From Histomonas meleagridis 2922-C6/04-290x (Eukaryota > Protista > Parabasalia), in assembly GCA_020184695.1 (NCBI GenBank), contig JAANOX010000035.1:124001-188000 (forward strand): a stretch of DNA of 64,000 nucleotides, read 5' to 3'. The position numbers and the translations under genes were made by a program. Below are positions 18,890 to 29,028 of this stretch, one piece after another. Numbering within the stretch: position 1 is the first letter of the stretch; each line of letters opens with the position of its first letter. Below the pieces are notes generated by a model, which saw only the letters and a list, made by a program, of their open reading frames with translations, was not told the DNA's origin and made no database searches.

Positions 18890-19057
18890 ATGGGTAAGCC
18901 AGGATCAAAGAACGAAAAGGCACATGCAAATGATGATGCACCTGTACATAAAGCTGAAAAGAAAAACAAGGGGCCAATGCATCTTTCAAAAGGTGCAAAG
19001 AAGGCCAAGAATATTAAGGCTAATCATGGCGGTAAAACAGACAGAAAACCACTTTAA
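18890..19057 (+). CDS. 55-aa Lys-rich small protein missed by the ORF track
   Basis: Manual translation MGKPGSKNEKAHANDDAPVHKAEKKNKGPMHLSKGAKKAKNIKANHGGKTDRKPL*. Context TCACCTCAAAAACAAATG, AAG/GCA/GGT-type codons like the ribosomal-protein genes, and stop within TAAA. Confidence 0.7.
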   Translation: MGKPGSKNEKAHANDDAPVHKAEKKNKGPMHLSKGAKKAKNIKANHGGKTDRKPL

Positions 19058-19188
19058 ACATGATTTATAATAATAAATAATTTTCTGTTATAATTTCTAT
19101 TCCAATTTTTGAGATAAAAGATTATGAGAAATCTTATTCAGATTATATCACACATAATAAATAACAATTTAGACTTCTTTGTTACCGT

Positions 19189-19377
19189 TTACTGACTCTG
19201 TGAGTTTGGACCAACCTTGCGCTTAGCATCTGGATTTGCAGAAAGGAAATATTTGTTATAATGCTTACGAGTAGCAGCACGGCCACGAAGGGGCTTTGGC
19301 TTTTCCATCTTTGGGACCTTTGGTGTGTTTGAACGAACTTTACCAGCTTGGGCGAGAGAACCGTGGACTTTTCCCAT
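19189..19377 (-). CDS. RPS30: 40S ribosomal protein S30 (eS30), no ubiquitin-like fusion
   Basis: MGKVHGSLAQAGKVRSNTPKV...GPNSQ. Confidence 0.96.
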   Translation of the reverse strand: MGKVHGSLAQAGKVRSNTPKVPKMEKPKPLRGRAATRKHYNKYFLSANPDAKRKVGPNSQSQ

Positions 19378-19472
19378 AAATTATAATGACCAAACCGTTA
19401 TGATAAAGTATTCAAACGTGGGGTGCCCCAGATTTTACGGTTGGAAAATGCGTTGCGTTTTTCTTTTTCAAA

Positions 19473-19868
19473 ATGGATTTTTCTGATTCTCAGACAATAT
19501 CAACAGATCTTAGAAGCGACATTTCTTTTATGAATAGACAGAAAGAACTTAGAACTCTCTACTCTGAATTTAAAGAAGCATTAGATGCTGTAAATTCAAT
19601 GTCAATAAATCAAATGTTGTTGGAATCAGATCAAGAATCTCCTCATCTTGAAGAGGAAGATTATGATGAAGAGAAAAAAGAAAATGATATTGAACTAATT
19701 ATCCAACAAATTGAAATTATAATGAAAGAAACAGACTATATTTTCTCTCTCCTTTCAAAGCCAAAATATTCACAAAACAAAAGAGTGCAAAAAATGAAAA
19801 AGCAACTCAAATTCTTAAAAGCAGTCAATACAAATCTAAAAAAACGTGCAGAAATGCTTCTAGAGTAA
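19473..19868 (+). CDS. Hypothetical coiled-coil protein
   Basis: 131-aa ORF, caaaATG start, acidic middle and basic end. No domain recognised. Confidence 0.7.
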   Translation: MDFSDSQTISTDLRSDISFMNRQKELRTLYSEFKEALDAVNSMSINQMLLESDQESPHLEEEDYDEEKKENDIELIIQQIEIIMKETDYIFSLLSKPKYSQNKRVQKMKKQLKFLKAVNTNLKKRAEMLLE

Positions 19869-20166
19869 ATACCATATTATGTTTATTTATATTTATTATA
19901 ATTTTTTAGTATAATTCAGGAATAACTAAAAAGCATTATTTTGGAAATATGTTCACTCATTATAATTAATATCAATTACATATGTATTAAATATTTTTAG
20001 ACTATAAATACCAAATAAAAATTGGTTCTGTATCTTTGTTTGACATACGCAATATCACTTTTATCATTTCAAACACCGGAAATTCCAAAATTTCCAACTT
20101 CTAATTTAATTATAATTTTTATTGGTGATTTAGAATCAATAATTTGAAGCATATTTTTAAATTTAT

Positions 20167-21249
20167 TTATTCTTGAACCGAGTACTTTTCAGCAAGTTCC
20201 AAAAGTCGATCACATATCCAATCGATATCTTCATCGGAAAGTCCTTGATGAAGTCCAATCAAAATTCCTCTAGAGAACGCTTTTTCGGTGACAGGGAATC
20301 CTTCTGGGTCAATGTTAGGGAAAAGGTGTGAGTAAAATGGTTGCCTTAAGATATTGCCTGCCATGCACAACCTTGTTTGGATTCCAATTTCTTCCAGATG
20401 TTCAACAATCTCAAAGCGATTCGATTTAACAAGAAGTGCCATCGAAAGCCAAACAGCTTCCTTGTTTTCTGGAAGCTCGAAAAATTGAGAGCCTTTTAAT
20501 CGTTCGTGATAGTGAAGTAGGTTTTTGTGGCGAGCTGCTGCAAATTCTTCGATTTTAAGCGAGTTTTCATAACCAAATGCAGCACAATAAGAAGGACATG
20601 AGAGGTCCCATGTGGAATTTCTCCTTAGTTCTTTACACTTTTGAGCATAATTCGGATCATTCGTAAGAGTCATACCACCGCATCCTCCAGCATTAATAAT
20701 ATGAGAGGCATAGAATGAAACTGTAGCAAAATCTGCAACAGATGTGGTGAATGTATCACAAGCATCTTCAATTAATTTAATGTCAGACCTATTGATTTTT
20801 TTGAGTTCTTCCCTCAGTTTAGCAAAGTCAAATTTATCACCAACTAAATCAGGAATGAGAATAACAGTTGTTTTTGGTGTAATCAATGATAATATTTGTT
20901 CAACAGAGGGAACATAATGGCCTTCGCATATATCTGAAAAAATAACTTGAGATCCTAAAAAAATTAAAGGTGATAAAGTTGTCGGAAATGTGCAAGTAGG
21001 TGTTATAACTTCATCATCTGGACCAATTCCCAAGGCTAAACAAGCTAAAAGATTTGCAGAACTTCCTGAATTAACAAATATTCCATACTTCATACCAAAC
21101 AAAGAAGCAACTCTTTCTTCAAATTTTTCAATGATTTTTTCATCATTAAAATCATTGTTGCTGAGAAATTGCTTTACTGCATTTATTTCCTTTTCCCCAT
21201 AAGATTGGAAAGTATTAGGCGAATAAGTTAAATTTTTCTTTTGTTTCAT
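20167..21249 (-). CDS. DegT/DnrJ/EryC1/StrS-fold PLP/PMP enzyme, RfbH/ColD-like NDP-4-keto-6-deoxyhexose 3-dehydratase
   Basis: FVNSGSSANLL, EVITPTCTFPTT, LIEDACD, ATVSFYASH (His at the usual Lys position), GIQTRLCMAGNILRQP, IGLHQGL. Confidence 0.85.
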   Translation of the reverse strand: MKQKKNLTYSPNTFQSYGEKEINAVKQFLSNNDFNDEKIIEKFEERVASLFGMKYGIFVNSGSSANLLACLALGIGPDDEVITPTCTFPTTLSPLIFLGSQVIFSDICEGHYVPSVEQILSLITPKTTVILIPDLVGDKFDFAKLREELKKINRSDIKLIEDACDTFTTSVADFATVSFYASHIINAGGCGGMTLTNDPNYAQKCKELRRNSTWDLSCPSYCAAFGYENSLKIEEFAAARHKNLLHYHERLKGSQFFELPENKEAVWLSMALLVKSNRFEIVEHLEEIGIQTRLCMAGNILRQPFYSHLFPNIDPEGFPVTEKAFSRGILIGLHQGLSDEDIDWICDRLLELAEKYSVQE

Positions 21250-21402
21250 GGATAAAAACTGTTTGTCACTTTTCTGTTATGTGTTGATACGGGGCAGCCC
21301 AAAAAAGAACTTTTTGAAGCTTCTCACAAAATTGTTTGCTTTGGCATTTTTATGTTTTCTTTGTTTTATTTCAAGTAAAGTTGTAAAAATAAGTGAGTTC
21401 AA

Positions 21403-22419
21403 ATGCTACAAACAATGAATATGACCCCACAATTACTTCCATCATACAATCAAAATCACCACACTGGCTTCAAATTTCAAAATGATCCAAATCCACCAAA
21501 ATATGAATCACAAAATAAAGTTGTATCAATTAAACTTTGGTCACGCTTCGTCTTTGCAGAATACGATGTCACAGTGCCTCTTCCTGTTGTTAACACTAAG
21601 AGATATCTCACAAATGATGAATCAATTCGTGTTTTTTGGATAGGTCATTCCACTTGTCTTATTAAGATACGTGATAAATACATTATTACAGATCCAATAT
21701 TTTCTAATAGTTGTGCACCCATACGTTTTATTCTGCGAAGAGTTACTCCAGTTCCATTTCAAATTAACGATCTCCCAAAAATTTCAGTAGTTCTAATTTC
21801 GCATGATCACTATGATCACCTCGATGTCGAAACTCTCTTCAAGCTTAAGTCTCATTCACCAAACATGATTGTTTTTGCTCCTATTGGTGTCTCAAACTTC
21901 ATTTCAGCATTATTGGGCATAAAATGCGTTACTTTTGACTGGCGGCAGCGTCTTTCGTATAAAGGCATTGACTTTTTCTGCTTTCCAGCACGTCACGGCT
22001 CTAGCAGGAGCATGATAGATGGCAATACACGTCTCTGGTGTTCGTGGCTTATTCGATATAATAACATCAGCATATATTTTCCTGGCGATACATCAGTTGG
22101 TCCACATTTTAAAGAAATTAAAAATACCATTGGAACAGTTCATTTAGCAATGATGCCAATTGCACCACAAGAACCAGTGGACACAATGAAGGCAGTGCAT
22201 TTGGATCCAAGCGATGCTTATGATATGTCTTTGGAAATCGATGCACAAAAGGTTTTTCCAATTCATTATGGAACATTTCCTCTTGGAACAAAGCCACAAG
22301 TTGATGATATTCAATTATTGAAAAGAGTTTGGAAGAAAAATAACTTATCCATTCTGCCTGTCGGAGGATTTATGGAATGGAATGGTCAAGAATTTGTTGT
22401 CGGATCTTTTAACGAATGA
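21403..22419 (+). CDS. Metallo-beta-lactamase-fold NAPE-PLD-like phospholipase
   Basis: WIGHST, ITDPIFS, ISHDHYDHLD, PARH, FPGDT, HLDP, PIHYGTF. Confidence 0.9.
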   Translation: MLQTMNMTPQLLPSYNQNHHTGFKFQNDPNPPKYESQNKVVSIKLWSRFVFAEYDVTVPLPVVNTKRYLTNDESIRVFWIGHSTCLIKIRDKYIITDPIFSNSCAPIRFILRRVTPVPFQINDLPKISVVLISHDHYDHLDVETLFKLKSHSPNMIVFAPIGVSNFISALLGIKCVTFDWRQRLSYKGIDFFCFPARHGSSRSMIDGNTRLWCSWLIRYNNISIYFPGDTSVGPHFKEIKNTIGTVHLAMMPIAPQEPVDTMKAVHLDPSDAYDMSLEIDAQKVFPIHYGTFPLGTKPQVDDIQLLKRVWKKNNLSILPVGGFMEWNGQEFVVGSFNE

Positions 22420-22571
22420 AAATAATAACATTCTTTGTTAAACAATGTTTTTATGCAATTTCATTTGAAAGCGATTTTAACAAGTTTATACATGTTCAAT
22501 AGAGCTAATTTTTCCTTATAAAAAAACAAACGTTTTATAGCAGAATGGATTTATGAACATGAAAAACATGA

Positions 22572-22615
22572 AAAGTGACAAAGGTTCAGAAAAAACCGTT
22601 GTGGCTGTGCCCTTT
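22572..22615 (+). promoter_or_regulatory. RPS17 core promoter: M2 AAAGTGAC (22572-22579), reverse M3 AACCGTT (22594-22600), M5 CCTTT (22611-22615)
   Basis: Three motifs known from Trichomonas core promoters within 50 nt of ATG 22620. Confidence 0.65.
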
Positions 22616-22619
22616 TCAA

Positions 22620-23003
22620 ATGGGTCGCATCAGGACCAAGACAACAAAGAGAGCTTCACGTCTCATTATAGAACGTTTCTATGGCCAACTTAGCTTCGAT
22701 TTCCAAGACAACAAACGTGTTTGTGATGAAGTTGCAACAATTCCATCAAAAAGAATGAGGAACAAGATTGCAGGATATGTTACACACTTAATGCGCCGTC
22801 TCGAACGCGGACCAGTTCGTGGTATCTCATTCAAGCTTCAAGAAGAAGAACGTGAAAAGCGTGATAACTGGATGCCAAAGGTTTCACAACTCGATCAACC
22901 AACCATCAGCATTGATGCTGACACCAAAGCCATGCTTACCGCTATTGGCCTTGGCAATATGGAAGGTGTTGCTGTCAGAGACAATACCCGCCGTCGTAAG
23001 TAA
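22620..23003 (+). CDS. RPS17: 40S ribosomal protein S17 (eS17)
   Basis: [21 protein letters not shown]...DFQDNKRVC...[16 protein letters not shown]...[16 protein letters not shown]. True start is ATG 22620. Confidence 0.97.
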   Translation: MGRIRTKTTKRASRLIIERFYGQLSFDFQDNKRVCDEVATIPSKRMRNKIAGYVTHLMRRLERGPVRGISFKLQEEEREKRDNWMPKVSQLDQPTISIDADTKAMLTAIGLGNMEGVAVRDNTRRRK

Positions 23004-23066
23004 ACTCTGATTTCAAATCGACTTTTTTGTAATCAACTGAATTTTTGGTCGTCTTAACGATAAGTA

Positions 23067-23906
23067 ATGGTTGAACCAGCCAAAAGGGATGAAGAAGAAA
23101 GAATTTCAATTAATTTACGTCCATTATTGATATGGCTTCATTATTTTGGTTATATTCTTTACATTTTTACAACATCACGCTTTTCTTCTTCAATAAGTAG
23201 CGGCCAACCTTACTACTTTTACATTATTTCAATTCTTTTCGCATTATCAGTTTGGCAATATTCTATTGCATGCTCATGTAGTCCTGGATTTGTTACAACA
23301 GAACCAGAAAATACTGAAGGACTTTTTTATTGCCAAAGATGTCAAATGCACATTCCATTACGTGCATCACATTGCAGAACATGTGGTCATTGTGTGCTGC
23401 GCAGAGATCATCATTGTCCATGGACTGGTCAATGTATTGGGCGTGATAACCATTTAGAATTTTATAAATGGTTAATCATTGAAACAACCACAATAGCAAT
23501 TGCACTTTTTGACATCATATCATCTCTCTTTGTCCGGTTGTCATTTGTTAATTGGCTTGAACAATTTTGGTGTAATCTGATTCTTATTATACCATTCGGC
23601 TTTTGTATGTTCCAAGTTTCAGTTTTGACTTTTGATCATACGTGCTACATTTCAAACAACCTCACTGTCTGGGAGCTTGCTAGATTCAAACAGGTTACCT
23701 ATTTCAAAGATAGACCAATGAAAAAATTTAATCCTTTCGACAAAGGGCTATTAGGAAACATCGAAGAATTCATAAATATGAAAAAGGACCAAAAAGTTTG
23801 GCATAAGGATTCATTAAATATTGATGATTTTCTGAATGAACCTGATTTAGGCAATGATGCTTTGCTTCCTGACTCAATCAAAGAAAGTTACAAACATATG
23901 TACTAA
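23067..23906 (+). CDS. DHHC palmitoyl acyltransferase
   Basis: CxxC...RASHCRTCGHCVLRRDHHCPWTGQCIGRDNH flanked by TM segments, plus NPFDKG. Confidence 0.95.
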   Translation: MVEPAKRDEEERISINLRPLLIWLHYFGYILYIFTTSRFSSSISSGQPYYFYIISILFALSVWQYSIACSCSPGFVTTEPENTEGLFYCQRCQMHIPLRASHCRTCGHCVLRRDHHCPWTGQCIGRDNHLEFYKWLIIETTTIAIALFDIISSLFVRLSFVNWLEQFWCNLILIIPFGFCMFQVSVLTFDHTCYISNNLTVWELARFKQVTYFKDRPMKKFNPFDKGLLGNIEEFINMKKDQKVWHKDSLNIDDFLNEPDLGNDALLPDSIKESYKHMY

Positions 23907-24473
23907 TTGTATATTGTATAAATATTCGGCTTTATAAATATTTTTAAAAATAAATGTAACTAATTAAACTTATCTATTTTTAATTGTGGTTCAATATGAT
24001 AAGACAGAAATGAACTAATCCTATAATATTCAATAATTGTTTCTTCATGATTATTTTCCATTAGGCATTGTATATAGGAAAGAAACATAAATGATGCATG
24101 CATTTTTGTGTAGCTAACCGATTTTAATTTTCTAACTTGTTTTTGTCAAAAGTGTGTTTCTTTCTTCAATTGATTTGAGCTCATAATTTTTGGAGGTGAT
24201 TTAACGAAAAATATAATGTTTAGAAAATTTAAAAAGATATATTTAAATAAAGATTATTTTTTAATAATAAAATTAACAAGCGAAAAATTTTTTAGTCTTT
24301 TAATTTTGCGGTTCCTGGTATAACAAACTCCCTTTTTTGGCGGTTATTGATTCAAACTATAAAATAACCGCTTATCCAAAGACAATTGAATGCTGTCAAA
24401 AGGTTTGAAAGCTCTTCACATGCCATGAAAAAATAACTTTTTGAAAAATGTGTAAAGTACTGAACATTGAACA

Positions 24474-26363
24474 ATGGGCTCTGATCAGTCGTGCGTTATC
24501 GTGGATAATACTCATAAAGAGAATGAAACACCTATAATTAATTCTCCAATGATGTCACGTTTCTCTACGGAACGTTTAATGGCAAGATTCCCAGATCTTC
24601 CAAATGTTTATACTATGGAAGATTTGTTCCAATATACAAAAAGCATTGCACCACATGATGACTTATATGGTACAAGGGTATATTCAAATGGACAGTGGCT
24701 TCCAGAATGGCGTTGGATTTCGCGTACCAAATTTGACGAATTAAGAACAGCTGTTGGTTCTTTTTTAGTTTCACAGGGAATTGAATTTGGTCAAAACATA
24801 GGAATTTTATCATATAGCCGACTTGAATGGGTTATAGTTCAATATGCATGTTATGGATATGGATACGTTCCTGTTCCAATTTATGATACATTTAACCCAG
24901 AAAACATCAATCATGTTATTAATCATTCTGGTCTCCAAGTAGTTTTTGCAATATCAACAAAAATATTAGATTTAATCAAATGCTTGAAAAAAGACACAAC
25001 CTTAAAGATGATAATTGTTATTGATGCAGAAGAACATCCATTTGATTTCAATCAAATACCACAAGATTGTATTATCAAAACCTTTTTTAAGTTTGATGAA
25101 GTCAGCAAATTCCCAACAGTTTATCCAAAAAGACCACCAAAAGCTGATTCGCCTGCATTCATAATGTATACATCTGGTACTACTGGTAATCCTAAAGGTT
25201 GTGTTCTTACTCAAGGCAATTTCATATCAACAGCAGCATCAATCTATACATATGCGTATGTCTTCACGAAAGATGACTCGTACCTTTCTTATCTTCCACT
25301 TGCTCATGTCTATGAGAACGTTGAACATGTTGTTGGATTGAAATGTCTTGGTAAGATTGGATTCTATTCTGGCAGTATCCCACGTCTTGTTGAAGAAATC
25401 AAACTTTTCAAGCCAACCATTATCGGTGGTGTTGCTCGTGTCTTTGATCGTATAGTTCAAGGGATCAAACAAAAGATAAGTGAACAACCGAAGTTGATTC
25501 AATACATCTTCTACTCAGCCTTCTATACGAAGTCCTTTTTGAACAAGCATTTACGGATCAAAAACATGCCAGTTCTCGATTCCATCTTCAATTCTGTCAA
25601 AGAGGGCCTCGGAGGAAACGTACGTTTATTCGTATCGGGCGGTTCTGCTCTATCTCCCGAAACGCAGCGGTTTTTAAGGGTGGTCTGTTGTTGCTCGTTT
25701 ATTCAAGGGTATGGCTTGACTGAAAGTTGCTCTAGTTGTATGGTACAAAGTTGGACTGATGTAAAGGATGGTAACTGCGGTGCATTCATGCCATGGGCAG
25801 AAGGTAAATTGAGAAGCGTCGATGGTTTTGAGGCATCTGAAATGAAAGGAGAATTATATATACGTGGCCCTTCTATATTTGCAGGGTATTATAAAGATGA
25901 AGAAGCCACAAAAGCTGTATTGGACTCAGAAGGATTCTTTAAGACTGGTGATGTATTTCATTTTACAAATGAAGGTCAATTTATAATGATATCTCGTTGT
26001 AAAGACTTTGTCAAACTTTCACAAGGCGAATATGTATCATTGCAAAAGCTTTATGATATATATGAAAAATGTACAATAATACAAAGTATATATATCCATG
26101 CAGGATTACAAAGCAGATTTTTAGTGGCTGTTGTTGTACCTAAAGATGGCATAGGATTAATTACAGAAGAAGTGGTGTTACAAGAATTAGATCGATTGGC
26201 GCAACAAAACAATTTGTTCGGATTCGAAAAAATAAAAAGAGTATTTATCGCCTCGCAACCATTTTCTACCGAAGATGGTACTTTGACACCTTCTCTTAAG
26301 ATGTCAGCACCTGGAATAGAGAGAAAATATAAGAAAGAAATTGCGGAAATGGAGCGGATGTGA
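24474..26363 (+). CDS. Long-chain fatty acyl-CoA synthetase (AMP-binding)
   Basis: YTSGTTGNPKG, SYLPLAH, QGYGLTE, FFKTGD. The N-terminus is MGSDQSC. Confidence 0.95.
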   Translation: MGSDQSCVIVDNTHKENETPIINSPMMSRFSTERLMARFPDLPNVYTMEDLFQYTKSIAPHDDLYGTRVYSNGQWLPEWRWISRTKFDELRTAVGSFLVSQGIEFGQNIGILSYSRLEWVIVQYACYGYGYVPVPIYDTFNPENINHVINHSGLQVVFAISTKILDLIKCLKKDTTLKMIIVIDAEEHPFDFNQIPQDCIIKTFFKFDEVSKFPTVYPKRPPKADSPAFIMYTSGTTGNPKGCVLTQGNFISTAASIYTYAYVFTKDDSYLSYLPLAHVYENVEHVVGLKCLGKIGFYSGSIPRLVEEIKLFKPTIIGGVARVFDRIVQGIKQKISEQPKLIQYIFYSAFYTKSFLNKHLRIKNMPVLDSIFNSVKEGLGGNVRLFVSGGSALSPETQRFLRVVCCCSFIQGYGLTESCSSCMVQSWTDVKDGNCGAFMPWAEGKLRSVDGFEASEMKGELYIRGPSIFAGYYKDEEATKAVLDSEGFFKTGDVFHFTNEGQFIMISRCKDFVKLSQGEYVSLQKLYDIYEKCTIIQSIYIHAGLQSRFLVAVVVPKDGIGLITEEVVLQELDRLAQQNNLFGFEKIKRVFIASQPFSTEDGTLTPSLKMSAPGIERKYKKEIAEMERM

Positions 26364-26895
26364 AATTTGATTCTATAAGTAAAAGTTTCTTCTGTATTTA
26401 TTTCTTATGATAATATCTTTTATATTATAATTTAATTTTGATAATTTTTATAATGATAACAAAGAAAATATCAAATGAAATATTAAGTTTGAGAATCATA
26501 TTATCTTTGCAATTTATTCAAAGATTCGAATTTTGATAAAATAAATAAATCACTCATTATTGTACATCAAAATTCAGACAAACAAACTGAAGACAAAATC
26601 ATTTTCAAATAATTATAATAATAAAGTTTCAAAGAAGCTAAAGAACAATATTGTTGTTTATGTACATAAAAGTCACAAATGAAAAAAATAACATTAAATG
26701 TTTAATAGAATAAGAAAATGAAATATCAAAATTCAACATCCAAACGCATTACTTGTCAATATTCCCCATCTAAGGTTGCAACTCAAACAAATAATACCAT
26801 AATTAAACACAGCAGAAAAACAAGCGCATGTTCGAATGATCAATAATTTTTATTTATTCCTTAAATCCAAATCAACATTTAACAATTAACACTTT

Positions 26896-28017
26896 TTATA
26901 TCGCATCGAGCATTGCCAGAAAGTCCAGCTTCTGGTTCAGCATTGCAATTGACCTTCCAATTGACAGTTCTGTCACTGGTTTCTCGAACTTTTCGTTGCC
27001 CTCCGACAGCGCGACGACTTTTCTTTCGTCCGGAATGTACAGGACAATTCCCGTTTGGCCTCTTGCTTCCCCGTCGCCACTTTCGCTATCATTTTCTTTA
27101 TTCTCGTTCCAAATTGGAACAGCGTAACATGTCCAACTCGCGTGCTCAATGTCGAAGATGTAAATTTTCGTCTCAGACATAAAGCCAAACGTCTCGAGAG
27201 CTATGATTACGTTGCCAGCGGCAAACGTTGTGAGCGAGTCGAGGCCGCGCGGCGGCTCCGTGCCTGTTGTGGGTACTAATGTAAACTCGAATGTTTCCAA
27301 ATCAAGCTCGAGAACAGACATAGGCGACGAGGCACCAAAAACATATAACGTAGAGTCGATGATAGAGCCACATGCACCTTGACGACAGATGTAATCGGTT
27401 GTGATTTGTTGCCAATTCATCTCATCGGTGTTAAGAACATGTAACGAAGATGGAGTGGAACAGCTGACACCAGACCATATTATAAGATATGGATGGTAAT
27501 AGGCAATAAGTGGAAGAGCACATGGTGGTGGATTATCCCCTGTTGTTATTGGATATACGATCTCAAGTTTGTCGAGATCAAGGTAATGCAGTTCGGTGGT
27601 GAAGGAAAGAGTGGAAATTCCTCCATAAAACCAGATTTTATTGTCGACTAATACTGAACCACATGCAGCTCGAGGAGTAGCACCAGTAACTTCAAGCCTA
27701 ATCCATTGTTGTTCACCAAGAGAAAATTTCCAGAATTCATCACTAAGGGTATCATCATCATTTCGGCCATAACATGCAATTATTGAACTATCTTCAGGCC
27801 AAAAATTAATGGACTGGCCACTACGGATTTTAGGAGATTCACCAGATGTATCAACAACATTCCAAACACTAGGAAATGGAAGATCTAATGAACCATCAAT
27901 AATTGGTGATAAATTTCGAGAGGGTTGTGGTGTACGGGCATTTTCAATTCTTCTCCCATCAGGTATTGAACCGAGACCAGGAAGAAAATCATGAGAAGGA
28001 GAACTGCCAAAACTCAT
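26896..28017 (-). CDS. Kelch-repeat protein
   Basis: Repeated GG/W kelch-type blades (IWFYGGI, LYVFG, WKFSL...WIRL). Confidence 0.8.
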   Translation of the reverse strand: MSFGSSPSHDFLPGLGSIPDGRRIENARTPQPSRNLSPIIDGSLDLPFPSVWNVVDTSGESPKIRSGQSINFWPEDSSIIACYGRNDDDTLSDEFWKFSLGEQQWIRLEVTGATPRAACGSVLVDNKIWFYGGISTLSFTTELHYLDLDKLEIVYPITTGDNPPPCALPLIAYYHPYLIIWSGVSCSTPSSLHVLNTDEMNWQQITTDYICRQGACGSIIDSTLYVFGASSPMSVLELDLETFEFTLVPTTGTEPPRGLDSLTTFAAGNVIIALETFGFMSETKIYIFDIEHASWTCYAVPIWNENKENDSESGDGEARGQTGIVLYIPDERKVVALSEGNEKFEKPVTELSIGRSIAMLNQKLDFLAMLDAI

Positions 28018-28227
28018 TTTTTCTGCGTTGTAAAAAGAAAAAATTCAATGTAACGATATCAATTTTTCAAGGTTGTTGAAAGTTCTATCGTATGTTATTT
28101 TTTTTCGTTGGGAAATAATATGTTAAATTTTGATTAATATTTCGTTTGCGTTACTTTTTTTTACAAAACATTAATGGAAATACTTGTTTTACTAATTCAG
28201 GAAATATATTTTTCTTTTCATTGAGAA

Positions 28228-29028
28228 TTAAATATTCAACAATGAAAACGATAATTTACCTCTTTTTACAATTAATGAAGGTACGATGCAATCAGAGATA
28301 TTTAGATGAGAAGAATAGGGTCCTATTTGTACAGGTATGCTTTCTAATGAAGCAGATTTAATTGAATTTCTATATTCATCATATGCAAGTAGAAAAGGAA
28401 AAACTATTTTTGTGTTTCTTTCACCAATTTTTTTTGCTCTTTTCATTTGCAAGTATCTATGTCTACATTGTAAATCAGTTCTTCCTTCCAAATGTGTAGC
28501 AATTTTTCGCCATCCGCATTCACCTTTCTCTTCAACTATATTAGCAAGAAGAGTATCTTCTTCAGGACTCCAAGGTTTTCTTGATATTGATGGATTAAGT
28601 GCTCTTGTCCAACGTTGATTGCATTGAGAAGATGTTCTTCCTCCACCAACAAATGCTGAAACCATTACCCAATCATGACATCCGTATCTTGATACTGCAA
28701 TTAAAAGTCTCATATCTTCTATAGTACTCCATGAAGTTCCTTTCTTTCTTAAAGAGGATGTTTTTCTTGAATTATGTAAATCGCTTTTGCACTCTGGAAC
28801 AGGAAGAGGCTGTTCGCTAATTGATTTTATATGTGCAATTTTTGTTATTATTGTTGGAGGACATGAACATTCAGAAAAAGAAGTTAAAGCAGAAATCATT
28901 GATATTTGATTTTGAAGAAAAGCATTAGCAACTTTAGATAATTTCTTATGTGTGTCTTCATCAAGATCAGGCGAAGATAAAATTAATTCTTTATCAATAA
29001 ACTCACGAAGAACAGATGTTGATTTCAT
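28228..29028 (-). CDS. R2R3 Myb-like DNA-binding protein
   Basis: WSTIEDMRLL...W..VS.FV..RT..QC.QRW and PWSPEEDTLL...W.KIA..L.GRTD.QCRHRY. Confidence 0.93.
   Translation of the reverse strand: MKSTSVLREFIDKELILSSPDLDEDTHKKLSKVANAFLQNQISMISALTSFSECSCPPTIITKIAHIKSISEQPLPVPECKSDLHNSRKTSSLRKKGTSWSTIEDMRLLIAVSRYGCHDWVMVSAFVGGGRTSSQCNQRWTRALNPSISRKPWSPEEDTLLANIVEEKGECGWRKIATHLEGRTDLQCRHRYLQMKRAKKIGERNTKIVFPFLLAYDEYRNSIKSASLESIPVQIGPYSSHLNISDCIVPSLIVKRGKLSFSLLNI

Noticed and set aside
18831-19070. 79-aa ORF in the track
   Set aside because: TTG start and implausible composition; the overlapping frame from ATG 18890 has better start context and codon usage.
21403-26363. NAPE-PLD-like, DHHC and acyl-CoA synthetase genes as a lipid-metabolism cluster
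   Set aside because: The run is interrupted by RPS17, these families are large in parabasalids, and proximity in a gene-dense genome is expected by chance.
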